Below are positions 35,529 through 48,100 of a stretch of DNA of 64,000 nucleotides, piece after piece (the stretch's first letter is position 1; every line of letters begins with the position of its first letter). The stretch is from Fimicolochytrium jonesii (taxonomy: Eukaryota), in NCBI RefSeq assembly GCF_025526975.1, contig NW_026515694.1, positions 186,001-250,000 of the forward strand, given 5' to 3'. The position numbers were made by a program, and so were the translations under genes. The notes under the pieces were generated by a model. That model saw nothing but the letters and a program-made list of their open reading frames with translations. It was not told where the DNA came from and ran no database searches.

Positions 35529-37352
35529 TTAAGATCGCTTCTGACGCTTGTTGTTGTTGCTCTTCCTAGCCTTCCCCGCCCCACCTGACTCCAGCTCCGT
35601 CCCGTACTTGTTACTGTATACCTTATTCAACTGCTGGAACTCCTTGTTGAACTTCGCATCATAGTTCTTCTCCTTCCCTTCCCCTCCACCGCGTTTCTTC
35701 GCATTATTGGCCTTCATACGTCCTTCGCCCGCTTTCACACCGAACTGGAACGCCGCTTTCGGCAGATGGACTTGTTCGTCCTTGTAGCGATGCCATTCCT
35801 CTTCGGTGTCAAAATCGAAGCGCTGAAGTTGGGATCGTTTGTTTTGCTTGACTCCCATATCCATCTGCGACAGGTCGGGCTCTTCACCGTCGCTCTCGGA
35901 GTGGTCCAGATCGGCCAAGTCTGCGAGGTGGTCTTCCTCTGTGTTCGCGGCAGCTGCCTCAACGTCTTTTGAAAATCGTTTCCGTCGTCTTGATGCGCGG
36001 GGCGGGAGTTTTATTTGCGATGTGTCTTGTGGTCCGAACTCTTCCGCTGCCCCTGTGTTTTCGGCTCTTAATTGCTCAATTAGCTTCTGAGCGGCACCGG
36101 TTCCTTCCAGCGAATCGACCATGCCGACACTCTGCTGTATTATGCTTTGCAGGACATTTGACACGGGAGGTGCATCAATCTCCATCGCGTCCGGATTACC
36201 GGTTCCATTTGTTTGTTCGGCATCGGGATCTGGGTTCAAGAAGTATGGAGGTTTCGAAGGCTTATCGGTGTTGTATGTTGTCATTGGTCCGCCTTCCCGA
36301 TCCTTGACTTCTAGAACATAGTCCCGCCCGACATCAGCGAAGATATCCTCATCGGGATCTTCCTCTTCTGACTCCGCATGAGAGTCGGCTGCTGCGGCTT
36401 TCCGCAAGCGCTCGGCTTCTTCCTTCGCTTTCCTAGCCGCTTCGGCCTCAGCCAACGCCTTCTCTTTATCTTTCCGCTTGACACGCTTCTTCTCCGTTGC
36501 CGCCCCCGGTGTATTCTCTCTCGCCGCTGCAATGACCGAGATGATCTTCTCGATGACGAGATCATTGCTAGACACGACGAAGTTCTTGTCATAGTCCTTG
36601 AGATCTGCTTTGCTACGGATAACAGTCGTCGGGATATCGCTTGACGAGACGATCTCGCCTGCTTCGTTCTTAGTATCGGCCTCCCAGCAGAAGGCCATGC
36701 GCCCGGGTATAAACATCTCGTTCCGCACTGGCGGCTCAATCTTGGCTTTGTTCACCGCAATTTCATAGACATTCTTGGCAAACATCGACAGGAAAGTTGT
36801 CGGCCCGCCCCCATGCATCTGCTCAACATACGCCATGGCCTCTTCATCCTTCTTGCGATCGATATCTTTCTCCTTTAGGTCTTTCTGCACCTTCTCCAGC
36901 AGGGCATAGTCCAACCCTTTCACCATGTGCGTATGCTTCACGTCTCCTCCAAGGTATTTACTCTGAGCATACGATACGTTAGGCGTCGACGGCTCCATTT
37001 CCTTTCCAGCAGCAAACATTTGCGGCTGTTCACCGGCGTTCAGGACGGCCAGCATTTGTTCCGTTTCGACGTAGTCCGGGTTGACGCCCTTCCGCCTCTC
37101 TTTGGCCCGATCTCGATAGACTATGCCCGTCCCTTCTTCCTCCTCCCCATCATTGTTCGACTTTTTCTGCGGCTTCCAGTTATTTTTGGGTTTCACGGGC
37201 GCTGGGGGGACGAAACCGTCGGCATCTTTGACCGGTTCTTTCGAGGCGACCGACCTTGGAGTGAGAAGGTTGCCTCGAGGGGTTTGTTGTTGCGAGACTG
37301 CGCGCGGAGTAGCCAGCAGCTTCCGGAAGTCGTCCTGCCCTAGACCAGACAT
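35529..37352 (-). CDS. IK: Spliceosomal B-complex protein RED (IK)
   Basis: DDFRKLLATPR, YRDRAKERRKGVNPDY, SKYLGGDVKHTHMVKGLDYALL, RNEMFIPGRMAF, DIPTTVIRSKAD, RFDFDTEEEW..Y....LPKAAFQFGVK. Intronless, 607 aa. Confidence 0.93.
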   Translation of the reverse strand: MSGLGQDDFRKLLATPRAVSQQQTPRGNLLTPRSVASKEPVKDADGFVPPAPVKPKNNWKPQKKSNNDGEEEEGTGIVYRDRAKERRKGVNPDYVETEQMLAVLNAGEQPQMFAAGKEMEPSTPNVSYAQSKYLGGDVKHTHMVKGLDYALLEKVQKDLKEKDIDRKKDEEAMAYVEQMHGGGPTTFLSMFAKNVYEIAVNKAKIEPPVRNEMFIPGRMAFCWEADTKNEAGEIVSSSDIPTTVIRSKADLKDYDKNFVVSSNDLVIEKIISVIAAARENTPGAATEKKRVKRKDKEKALAEAEAARKAKEEAERLRKAAAADSHAESEEEDPDEDIFADVGRDYVLEVKDREGGPMTTYNTDKPSKPPYFLNPDPDAEQTNGTGNPDAMEIDAPPVSNVLQSIIQQSVGMVDSLEGTGAAQKLIEQLRAENTGAAEEFGPQDTSQIKLPPRASRRRKRFSKDVEAAAANTEEDHLADLADLDHSESDGEEPDLSQMDMGVKQNKRSQLQRFDFDTEEEWHRYKDEQVHLPKAAFQFGVKAGEGRMKANNAKKRGGGEGKEKNYDAKFNKEFQQLNKVYSNKYGTELESGGAGKARKSNNNKRQKRS

Positions 37353-37547
37353 TGTTGTCTCTTGTTGTTGTTAAGGGCAATTCGGCTCCCTTTTGCCGAA
37401 GTTCCAACTTGCAAAACAAGAAAGCTGGTTGACGCGCGCTCCCCTGATGCTCTCCAAAACGTAACAGCCTCAACCCCACAGCGAATCACTTGCCATCTTG
37501 CACCCACACACGCACTCAGAAGCACAGACACCTAAAGGACTGCAACT

Positions 37548-38277
37548 ATGGTAAGGTCGATTCAAGGCACTGTCAGATCTGCGGAGGTAGCGTCTGATAA
37601 CCGTTCAACTCCCAGGCACAAAGCAATCAAGGAATCCAAACTCTGCTGGAGGCTGAGAAGGAAGCGTCCAAGGTGGTCGCAAAGTCCAGGCAATGTACGT
37701 GGGAAAATAATCTGGAACTCAATGAACATATGTTCTCGGCTCGGTGTTCATAAATCGAAGGCCACAGAGGACTCTATTCGAAGCGCCACGTACGAACCGG
37801 AAACACAGCGACTGACTAGCTTTTCACCATCCTTCGTTCTCAGACCGAACCCAGCGCCTAAAGGACGCGCGGACAGAGGCGCAAAAGGAAATCGAAGCGT
37901 TGAAAGCACAGAAGAACAAGGAATTTGTGGAGTTCGAGAAGCAGGTTCGTCTTAGGGAGTAACCGAGGAACGGGCTTTTTCCTTGTTTCTCCGCCTAACC
38001 ATACCGTGTCCGCGATTATTAGTACGGGGGCAACACTGATGAAACGGTCACAAAAGCGAATGCGGAGACGGAAGAGCAGTTGAAGGAGGTCAACACTTTA
38101 TACCAGAAGAATAAGCAGCAGGTCATTGAGAAGTTGCTCTCGGGGATCGTGAACGTTCAACCACAGGTTTGTAGTCTCCTCGCAATGGAGGACCTGTTTG
38201 CTTGGGATGGGATGAATTGATGCCTTTCATCTCTCCAGATTCACCCGAACGCCAAGAAGGCCAAGCCAGCAGCTTGA
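37548..38277 (+). CDS. VMA10: V-ATPase subunit G
   Basis: ATG|gtaagg, then AQSNQGIQTLLEAEKEASKVVAKSRQYRTQRLKDARTEAQKEIE...IVNVQPQIHPNAKKAKPAA*. 5 exons. Confidence 0.93.
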
Positions 38278-38602
38278 TTATCTGGTGGTTCATTTCCCCG
38301 TGGACACTTCGTCTTTAGTCCGCGTATTCAGTATATAAAAACAACAGAGCTCCATCTTACGTTACTGAACTTGGCTCGGGGGGAAATATGGCCTCCCAAG
38401 AAACGAATGCAAGCGATTCTGTTGGAATCGTCAGCCATTCGCTACGCTCTGGCTGTCCAACATGGTTCTTGCAACAGAGCCGCGATGGAAGTTGAAACGT
38501 TTGCGTGAAATACTTCTTTGTCCCCAGCAGAATGATCAGAAAATGCTATGTATCATTTATACGATAATGATTCGAATGTTGCCTTTGTATCTCTACATCC
38601 CT

Positions 38603-39615
38603 TTACTTGCTGATGGCAGCAACAACAGCCTCGTACACTTCAACCTCCACCTTGGCGATCAGCTTGTCTTGCTCAGAGCCACCAGAGGTAGCACGGCGGT
38701 TGGCATCGTCGAGGGCGCGGCGGGCAGCCTTGAAGAAATGGTAACGCGTGAGTGAGCCAGCCCGCATCTCTCAACGCAGGGAGAATGTGAGCTGAACTTA
38801 CGTCCAAATCAAGATCCTCCAACGGGAAAGCTTCGACAGCGTTGATGTTCAGGGTGGAATCGGGGTTGATGATGGCGAACCCTCCGCTCACTAAATTCGA
38901 GAAATATGAATAAGAAAAATAGAGACATCTTGTCAAAGTTCTCTACACCCAACTTACCGAAGAACTTTTGTGGCTTCTCAGTGGCCGAGAAAACCTCAAT
39001 AGCGCCAGACTTTAATTGAGCGATGGTTGGCACGTGCTCAGCGAGGATACCCATGTCTCCTTCCGTGGACGACAAGTTGACTTGCGTCGCCTCAAACTTG
39101 TCGAGGATGGTCTGACGATAAAAGTGCAAGGAGTCAGTGCCATGTTCCGCTTGCTGCTTTGTGACGATCGCCCGCCAAGTCGTGCGTGACATGGTTCCGC
39201 ATCTTCTGCCTGACCAAGAGCCCTCCGTCTGCAAGGTCGAGCTAACGCCGCCAATTACTCCGCCAAACCGGGGAACCGCTCGTATCCAGTCCTTCGCCGA
39301 CGGAATTCCCGCAGCAACCACCACATCATCCCAAGGTCATACCCCACAAGCCCACTTTCTTCGCCAGATATCCGCCATCACGGCAGTGCTACACACCTGG
39401 TGAGGAGACACAAAGCTCACACGCAACCTGGCGGGTCCCGCCTCGGTGGCATAGGAGCGAGCTGTGAGAGACATGTGGTTAGATTCGACGTGTAGTTCAG
39501 ACGGGCTCTAGACTCAAATTCCACGCCGGACTGTACTTGCAGAACGACGGGCGTACATACCAAGCTGCCTGAAGGCAGAAGGGCGAGCTGCTGTGCGGAG
39601 AGCGTTCCTGAACAT
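38603..39615 (-). CDS. ATP16: Mitochondrial F1 ATP synthase delta subunit
   Basis: Presequence MFRNALRTAARPSAFRQLARSYATEA, LRVSFVSPHQTI, QVNL....GDMGILAEHVPTIAQLK.G, FFVSGGFA.INPDSTLNINAVEAFPLED, AKVEVEVYEA. 5 exons. Confidence 0.95.
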
Positions 39616-40172
39616 AGCTGCTGGTAGGATTGGCCGATAACGAGACGCTTGGTGAGTTTTGGGTTGACTTTTTGACAATTTTCAGGCCGTCGTGGAAACG
39701 GAATCAAGTCGCCTCAACTGCTCCACTGACACCGCAAACAGATGCCGTTCTTCCTCTCGCAAATAACGGGTGTGCGTACTCACCGAAAGCGGGCGTAATG
39801 TGACTGGGAGTAGCAGAAGGGTAAGAGATGCTTTCGCCAACGTGCCTTGCTGTCTGCTCACCGGCAAGCAACCCGGCTGCGAAAATCGTCCCAAGGAGAG
39901 AATCGGGTCGTGACTCATCGCACCGTTACGAACATGTTAGAAGCGTGTTGGGCGCCCACGACTCGCACTTTCCACATTTGTCCAGTGGTACGAGTTGATA
40001 GGGAAGCCAATGCATTATCATCCAAAACAGAGTGTAACTACCGTTCAAATCACTGCTACGACATGCAGGAATTGAACCAGAAAAAAGACTCGCGCATGTC
40101 TGCCGTCCATCTGCTTCTGCTTCTCACGTATTCTATTCTGCCCCACCCCGTTCGTTTTCATGTCATTACAGT

Positions 40173-41413
40173 TTATCCCTCGGTCCTGCTCCCGATGCGT
40201 CGCTGCAAGTACCGCACCACCTTCCCATCGTACCCACCACTGCTCATCCCACTGCGATACGCTTTTCGCCCAGCGGACACGCGCTCAACCGGGACCTCCC
40301 CATCCTCCACATCAATCTCAACCATCTGCGCGTATTCCTGGTGATGGTGCGGCGGTCGTGGCACTGGCGCCGGCGCCGTGGTGCGGATGTAATATTGAGT
40401 CTGCGGACTCGATCTCGCGAGGCCCCCTGCCGCCGCGTAGTGGTGCTGTTGCGTGCGGTGGTGTGGAGTAGTAGTGGTGGTAGTGTATGGCGTCGGCGCG
40501 GGGGTAGTTTTGTATGTGCTGCCGTGCTGGGGTGGGTGGTGATAGTAAACTGAGTTAGCGTCTTGCGTGGCGAGTGCAATGTACTGGTGTTGCTGCGCCG
40601 GCAAGGACTGGGGTACTCTTGGCGATCCGTCCAGCAGTTCGCCGTCGTCGTCATCGGAACAGGCGTACCTCGCCTGTCGTTCGTCGTCACCGCCGTCGTC
40701 CCAGGCTTTGATGACCGTTGTTGGAGCATATCGAGGCGCAGGAGCATTTGCGAGCTGCGATGGTGGGTATTTGTAGGGTGTGGTGGGTTGATCCACATTG
40801 TGCGCCGTCCGCGTGAGAGATGTAGCAACCGGCGCTGGTGGGAGTGGCGGTGGAGGAGGAGGGGCTGCGGGTGCTGGCACAGCTCTCATTTCCACCACTG
40901 ACGTTCGCTCGCCCTCATTGCCCGCAATCGCCGCTCTTCCTGGATCCTGTGTATCGCCGCGACCGTCCATCCTTCCGCCCTCCACGCGGTTCGTCCCTTG
41001 ATTTGCAAGAAAATGGCCAAGTCTAGGTCTGAATACCATCGGATACTTTTTCGCAAGGACAATGAGGAGGTCGAGGAAACGTTCACCGAGAAAGAAAAAT
41101 TGAAAGAGGAGCCAGCGGAGGAACGGTGACCGGACGGTGTCTGTCGCTAGTTCTACAAAAGTGCAGCAGACCGGATGTAAGACAGTGAACATCGGCCATG
41201 ACCGCAACAATGAGCTTTCTGGGCTCCTCTCCCTCTTTTCCGGATAGAAAGCGCTTTGACGCAAAGCCATAATTCTCCCTAGTCCTCCCTTGCAGTTGTC
41301 CAGCGCAGTCCGGTAAATTGACAGTACTCACCAAAGTCGCCGGACCGCCTGAGGCCGGCCAGTAGAGTTGCGACCAGCACAACGTCTACGGCTGCGGGCA
41401 ATAACCTCGGCAT
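40173..41413 (-). CDS. Mitofissin (Atg44/DUF1748)-like N-terminal domain plus about 280 aa disordered tail, 353 aa
   Basis: Exon 1 41413-41332 (gtgagt donor), intron 41331-41153, exon 2 41152-40173: MPRLLPAAVDVVLVATLLAGLRRSGDFELATDTVRSPFLRWLLFQFFFLGERFLDLLIVLAKKYPMVFRPR... This matches the Atg44 pattern D.VLV.T.LAG..R...LGE...D...F. Confidence 0.75.
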
Positions 41414-41965
41414 TCCGCGGAATTTTTTGATGCAGCTACTGCGTTCGAGGTCGACTCGGTTGAGGGGGTTTCCGCTATATGTAGTGAAAGCCAAGGAAAA
41501 AATGACAGGAGGTTTCCTGGTTACTGCGCCGAGTGACACTTCGTAGCTTCGGTTGAGCGGTGTGGCTCCTCTTATTATTCTCGGACCCCTCTTGTAGAGT
41601 CCATGCCTTCGATGGCAGCGAGTATTGTGAAGTGTTTACGGTCAATGCCAATGGTGTACTGTACTAGCTTTGGGGCGAACTCACAACTGCCCATGCAAGC
41701 CGGAAGGGTGTTCACAGTCGGACGCGGCGGAGGCGACGGGTGACGCTTGTTCTCCTTGTCAGACGGACGAAGACCTGCTATTTGCTTCCCACCCGAACTC
41801 GCAGAAGCAAAAGTTCCCACGGACGGCCATCGCATACCTTTGCATCGTACAGCCGACCACCAGGCATACCCAGCGGTCCAGCTCGCATAAAGCGTCACTA
41901 CTGTGTTTGAGAACCCGCCGCAATCGAACACTTGAGTCAAAAGTCATCGACTTACGTCCTCCAAG

Positions 41966-44671
41966 CTGGCTACTCCAAACCCTCACGACCCTGCGACGGC
42001 CTCTGGCCCGACTCCAGGAGCAGCACAGTCCCTCGACGCTCAACAGCAACAGCAGGCCGCTGCGGCTGCCTATGGTCAAGCTTCTTGGTATGTGATTGCG
42101 AGCGTCTAAGGCCGCACCATGTCAACTTGGGAATTAACCTGATGCCCTTCCCCCAAACGCAGGCCTGTTGGGTATGCAGTAGACGCAGCTGCATACGCAC
42201 AATACTACGGCCAGCCATCAGCATATGCATATTATCAACAATATCAGCAAACACCCAGCGTCACCCCACCTGGCACAAGTACAACAGCCCCTGCCGCGGC
42301 TAACTATTATCAGCAACAGGCTTACCCTCAATACCCAGGATACCCCAACACGAGCACATTCTCAGCAGGTGCACCCGGCTACTCGCAGCAAGCATATGAT
42401 TGGACTGCATATCAGCAACAAGTCACCCAAGCTCAGCTTCAGCAGCACCAACATCAACAGCAACCGCAACTGTATAGCGCAGTCGCAGCGATGCCGCCTA
42501 CGGCTCAATCTGGAAGCGTCGTGGTCAACATCACATCAGCAAAATCGGCTGCTGCGAGTGCCCCGCCTGTGGCTGCCCCTACACAGAGCAAGCCATTCAG
42601 TTTTGCTGTGAGTTCCCCCAAGAGTAAGTGGCTCGCGTGTTATCGGAGAAGCCTTTCATTATTTACCGACACGGATCCCCTTCTTGCAGAGCCTGCATAC
42701 ATACCACTAAAAACAAAGAGCAAGCTGAAAGAATCTCCACTGGCTGCTCAATCGGCGGATGACGCTTCGTCCAATTCATCGAAGCCCTCACAAAAGTACA
42801 ATGTAAATGATCTTCCAGAGGGACTGAGGTACGAGCGATCCTCATGCACATTTACAAGCTGCAGCCTATGAACCCCATAATTGTTCAGACGCTATGTTAC
42901 GCGGGCAATGACTGCGTGCCCGAAGGGAAAGTGGGACGAGGTCAAAAGCTGGGTGCATGAGTTGATTGTAAAGACATTGCAAAATGGGGCAATGGATACC
43001 ACGGACTGGGACAAAATGCCCTTACCAAGGTATGCTGGATTGCAAGATAAAGGTGAATAACACTAGCTAACGTGTTTTGTATCTCCACAGTGCCGCACTC
43101 CCGGAGGAAGCACCCAAAAAGACTACTCGCGCGCAGGGAAATTGGCGCTCACCTTCCCCTCCACCTTCTCTTCGCACTTCCCATAGCCAGTCCAAAAAGC
43201 GTAAGACTTCCCCGTCTGTTACTAATAATCTCTCCTCACCAGCAGCAAAAACCGCGAAGGTAGATAGCAGTACATCGAAAAACAGTGGCGCCAATGGTAG
43301 CCATTCGCCTATGGACGTTGATAGACCGGGCTCCAGTGCGTCGGCCACGTCAGCAATGGGTTTTGTTGACAAGAAAGGCACCGCGAAGACAAAGAAATCC
43401 CGCGATGCATCGCCACTACCACAAAAGACGCTGGTCAGCAAAGGAAACCCTGTTACAAGCGTCAACGCCTCTGGGACGCCTCCTACATGGGGTTCAGACA
43501 ACGAGGACGATGATGCAATGTTGATGAAATTGCCTCCATCGCTTCGAAATGCTGAAATTGCGAGGCGAAAAGCGAGGAAAGATCGGTTTGGAGGCAGAGA
43601 GGCAGAAGAGAAGCGGATCAAGCAGGAAAAAGAGCGCGAAGTCAAACGAGCGCAGGAAGCGTTCTTGAAGGCGGGCGCGGAGGGCAACCCGGACGTACTC
43701 GACTGGGACGAGTTCACCATCATAGGGACAAGCACGCAGTTGGAGAAGCGATACCTCCGGTTGACCTCAGCTCCGGACCCGTCTACTGTGCGGCCCGTGC
43801 ACATTTTGCGGCGGACTCTGGATCTTCTGATTAGCAAATGGAAAGAAGAAGCAAACTATACCTACATCTGTGACCAGTTTAAGAGTTTACGGCAAGACTT
43901 GACGGTGCAACGAATCAAAAACGATCTTACGGTCGCTGTTTACGAGACGCATGCACGGATTGCGTTGGAGAAGGTACTTCTAGCTCTTTTGGAGAGGCAG
44001 CAGGATCAATCTAAGTTCAGCCACTCACATGCTTTACACCGCCAACTCATCACCAGGGGGACTTGGGTGAGTACAATCAATGCCAAGCACAACTGCTCCA
44101 GCTTTACAAGTTCCACAATCTTTCGGGCGCCATTGACGAGTTTACGGGCTACCGCGTCCTCTACTTGGTGCACACGGACAACCGCACCGAGCTGATCAAA
44201 CTCATTTCGGATCTCACCGCGGCGCAAAAGGAAGACACAGCAACGCAACATGCCCTTAACGTGCGCACCTCTGTCGCTACGGGCGATTACCACCGCCTCT
44301 TCCGTCTACATAACACTGCACCGAATATGTCTGCCTACCTAATGGACCACTTCATCGACCGGGAACGCATCCGCGCCCTGAAAGTCATCTGCCGCGCATA
44401 CCGTCCTTCCATCCCCGTCGCCCACCTCGCTGCCGAACTGGGATTCATTCACCCTGACGACGTAGAAGAGGAGAATGCCGCTGCCATCATCCGCGGGCGG
44501 AAACTCTGCGCCAAGTGGATCAAGAGCAATGCGGGTTCGGCTGCGGTGTGGGTGGATGGCAAGAGCGGCGGGTCGGGGTCTCTGGACACAAAGGAGAGCG
44601 TGAAGGGATTCCTGCTGTTGGTGGAGAAAGTGAAGAGCAAAGGGGTAGACATCAAGGGACAGATTCATTGA
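41966..44671 (+). CDS. THP3: SAC3/GANP-family PCI protein (Thp3/LENG8-like); start uncertain
   Basis: [96 protein letters not shown]-rich N-terminus. The first in-frame ATG is at 42491. Confidence 0.9.
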
Positions 44672-45134
44672 TGTTATTTTATCCCTCCCTCGATGGCAAT
44701 TCTCCCTCGATGTTCTTTCCCCTCCCCTCGTCTCAAACTCCCCCAACTTCCCATCCTCCCCTATTTGTCGTGATGGTTTTATGATGTCGTACCTCCGTGC
44801 ATTAGAAACTTCCTGTAAAATAGATTCACCCACGCCCGGCGATAATCAGATGACATACAGTATACGCTTTTTAACGAGGTCATTGCAATATGTGCCCGTG
44901 GTTCAGTGAAAATATGAATATTGAAATATGGCAATGCTGCAATAGATACAGACGGGCCGTAGAAGATAGATACATCCCGAAATGGAGGCCACCAGAAAAA
45001 TTACGCCTGGAAATACATAAAGGCAGATCGATACGCCATCGGATGGATGTGCGAATAGATACGCAGATGAATACCGCTGTTCTCTGGCCTAATGACATCT
45101 CGGCAATCGGTCTGATGCACAGCCAGCCTATCGT

Positions 45135-48100
45135 TCAATCCACGGACAACTCTGACGACTCGGACAGATCCGAGGTCGAATCGGTGCTCGCACCTGACTC
45201 TTCGTCACCTTCTTCGTCTTCATCGACGTCCTCCTCCTCCTCTTCTTCGACATCAAATACATCCTCGCCCCCCCTGAAAATAATCCTTTCATCCTTATCG
45301 ACGCTGCTGGGCCATTCCATGAGCGTACGGGTCGCCAGGATGTTGTGCCATTGTTTCGTGTTGGACTGCGCCTGGATGCGTGCAACGGCCTCTTCCGCTT
45401 CGGCTTCGGTGGGAAGGCGGACGAGGGAGAGTGGTGTGCGGGCGCCTCCCTTCGTGTACTAATTGAAAAAACGAAATGAATCAAGTCAGGTGTTGGACAA
45501 TGAGGGAGGTTGAAGCTAAACGTACCCCGAATTGAGCGCTGATGGGATGTAACCCAAATCCTTCAATCATATCGTTGAGATCTTTAGGTGTAGAAGAGTA
45601 GGGCATCTGCGCGAAGGCAAACGTAAAGGCGTCCATTCGTCCAATAATGTCCTGCATTAGATCCAGATCCACTCACATTGAGCACGAAAAGGGCTTTAGC
45701 CTTTTCAGTCTCCTTCGTCTTGACCACCCGCCCTTCATCCTCTTCCTTCTTTTCCGGCATGATCCGCTTTCCATAGTACCATCCTTCCTCAGCCGTTACA
45801 GGTGTCCAATGTGAGGGTAGATCTGCGGGACCTGCTTGCCCAAGCATGCGGCGAACGTTTAGAGGCCGCTGGAACTGTTCGGCGCCGCTGAGGGATCTGT
45901 TGTCAAGGGAGCGGAGGAAGCGGTCCTTTTTGGCGGGTTGATCGTTGCTCGCAGACTTGACCGAGTGATGTGGTTTGGCCGTAGGCTTGACCAAGGGCCT
46001 GGATGCGGCAACACCTGGCTGAACGGAGCTATGGCCATGCTTGGGTTGAACGGTGATCACATGCTTTATGATGTGTGGAGGTTGGACCACTGACGAGATG
46101 TTTGCCACGGTTACCCGTTTCGGCGAAGGGTCGGAAGAGGATGCAGCGGCCGGCTTGTCGTGGCGTTTCGGTGGCTCAGCGGCGATGGGAGGCTGTTTTA
46201 GGAGCACGTTCGCACGAGAGGCTTGACCTCCTTGAGTAGGTGAAGTCTTCGGTTGCTGGTTCATTGCCTTTCGAATGCCCGCCTGCGCTTCCATAATCTT
46301 TTCTACTTCTACACCTGTTGAGCCATCAGCCCTTCGAATGTTTGTGTGCGGCACCATCTCCATGCGTTTTTCAAATTCGACGCCTTGTGAGGCATCCGCT
46401 TTTCGGTTGCTTGTGTCCGGTCGCACCTTCATAAGGCTTTTCACATCGACACCTTGCGGGCCGTCAACTTTCCGGACGTTTGTGTCCGGAGGCACCTCAA
46501 TCAGATTCCTCGCTTCGACACCTTGTGCTGCATCGGCCTTTCGAGTGTTTGTGTCCGCTCGTACTTCCATAGGCTTCTTCACGTCGACATGTTGTGTGTC
46601 TACAGGCTTGCGGATGCTTGCACCTCCTACGATTTCGGGTGTCACTTCCGCATAGGCGCCTGAAACGAGTTCGTCAGTCTTGCGTTTCACGGGCCCAGTA
46701 ATGTCCTCGGATCCTCCGCGCGCGGTGTTGGAAACGGCGTCGCTCTTCTGCAGGGGACCGGGTGAAGCCTTTTCCACCGTTGCGTTCCAGATAGGGCTGG
46801 TAGGGTCCATCGAGTCGGTGGTGAAGGAATACTCGGTGAGATCCTCCGCTTCCAATCGGGCATCCGTGTCGTCCCCGGACGTGCTGGATATGTCAGGATC
46901 TGAAAGCATGGATTCAACTTCCTGAACGGGTTTCTCTTGGATAGACGGTTCATAGTGTAGGAATTGGCACCGCGTTCGCAGACATGTACCTCGCACATAG
47001 TTGCGACAGATAGGGCGCGCGCCGTGTTTTGTGCCTTGGGACTCTGCAAGAAGCGAAAATATGAGCTATAATGTCAAGTAATCTGCTTCGATTGGTGATC
47101 CTCACCTGTACTGGTGCGTGCGAGGACTTCCTTAACTGCCCTGTCTGCATGAAGCGCATCCACGTTGATGTTTTCCTTTTCGAGCTCCCTGTAGCGGGAA
47201 TAATCTACTTCCTTGCGAGGCGACGGAGGGATGGTGTTGCTCGCAGGCCTCTGGCCGCCAGCGGAAGCGGTGGGGTGCGGATGCTGGTGCGAGTACTTGC
47301 AGTAAGGGTCCAAATACTTCGTATTTCTTTGGACGTTTAAACACACTCCAGGCTGCAATGAGGTCGACGAAGCTGGCGCGCACGCTTTGTTGAGGTCCCT
47401 GCCTCCACCGAAGACGAGCTGGATCGGTGCACGAGAGGAGTCGAGCGGAGGACCAATGGGAGCCACAGGCCGTTTGATATTGGGATCATGCTCGAATCCG
47501 CAGGATTGCCCGTACGGGCACGACCTATGCGCGAGGAAGTAGTTGCAAGGCTGCTTCTTGATCTCGGAATGATCTTGCAATCTCGGCCACTCCGCTGCGT
47601 TTCGCTTGCAGCCAGCCGAGGGAGTAGGTTGAAACCCGGAAAAGGAAGTAGGGTGATCCAACGGTCTACTCAAATCATCGAAATCGATCATCTCGTCCCC
47701 CGAGCTCTTCGGTACAGTTTGCGTCATCTTCGGCTGCATATCGTTTCTGGCTGCTGCCGGAAGTGGGTAGCCGGGATTAGCAGTCATCCCGTCGCTGTGC
47801 GGTTTCTGAGCCCATAAAGTTTTTGGGTCGAAAAACTTTGGCTGCTGCCACATGCCTTGGTGAGTGAAATCTCCAGCACGGATGGGACTTTTCTGCGCCG
47901 TTGCCGAACAGTTGCGAGGACTTAACTCGCGCTCTGAAGACCTGGGACTTTTCAGTACGTTCGCCGAGTAGTTGGGACGACTACGTCCGCGCTCTGAAGC
48001 TCCGATCTGATTCAAAGGCTTATTCAGCTCTTCGAATTCGAATACTTCAGCTGCACCCTTTCCCGCATTTGCAGCAGGGCTTTGTTTTTGCTGTAAGGAA

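Noticed and set aside
37548..39615. Functional cluster of rotary ATPase subunits (VMA10, ATP16), or of RNA-processing or mitochondrial genes across the window
   Set aside because: Different complexes and convergent orientation. Such housekeeping classes co-occur by chance in a compact genome.
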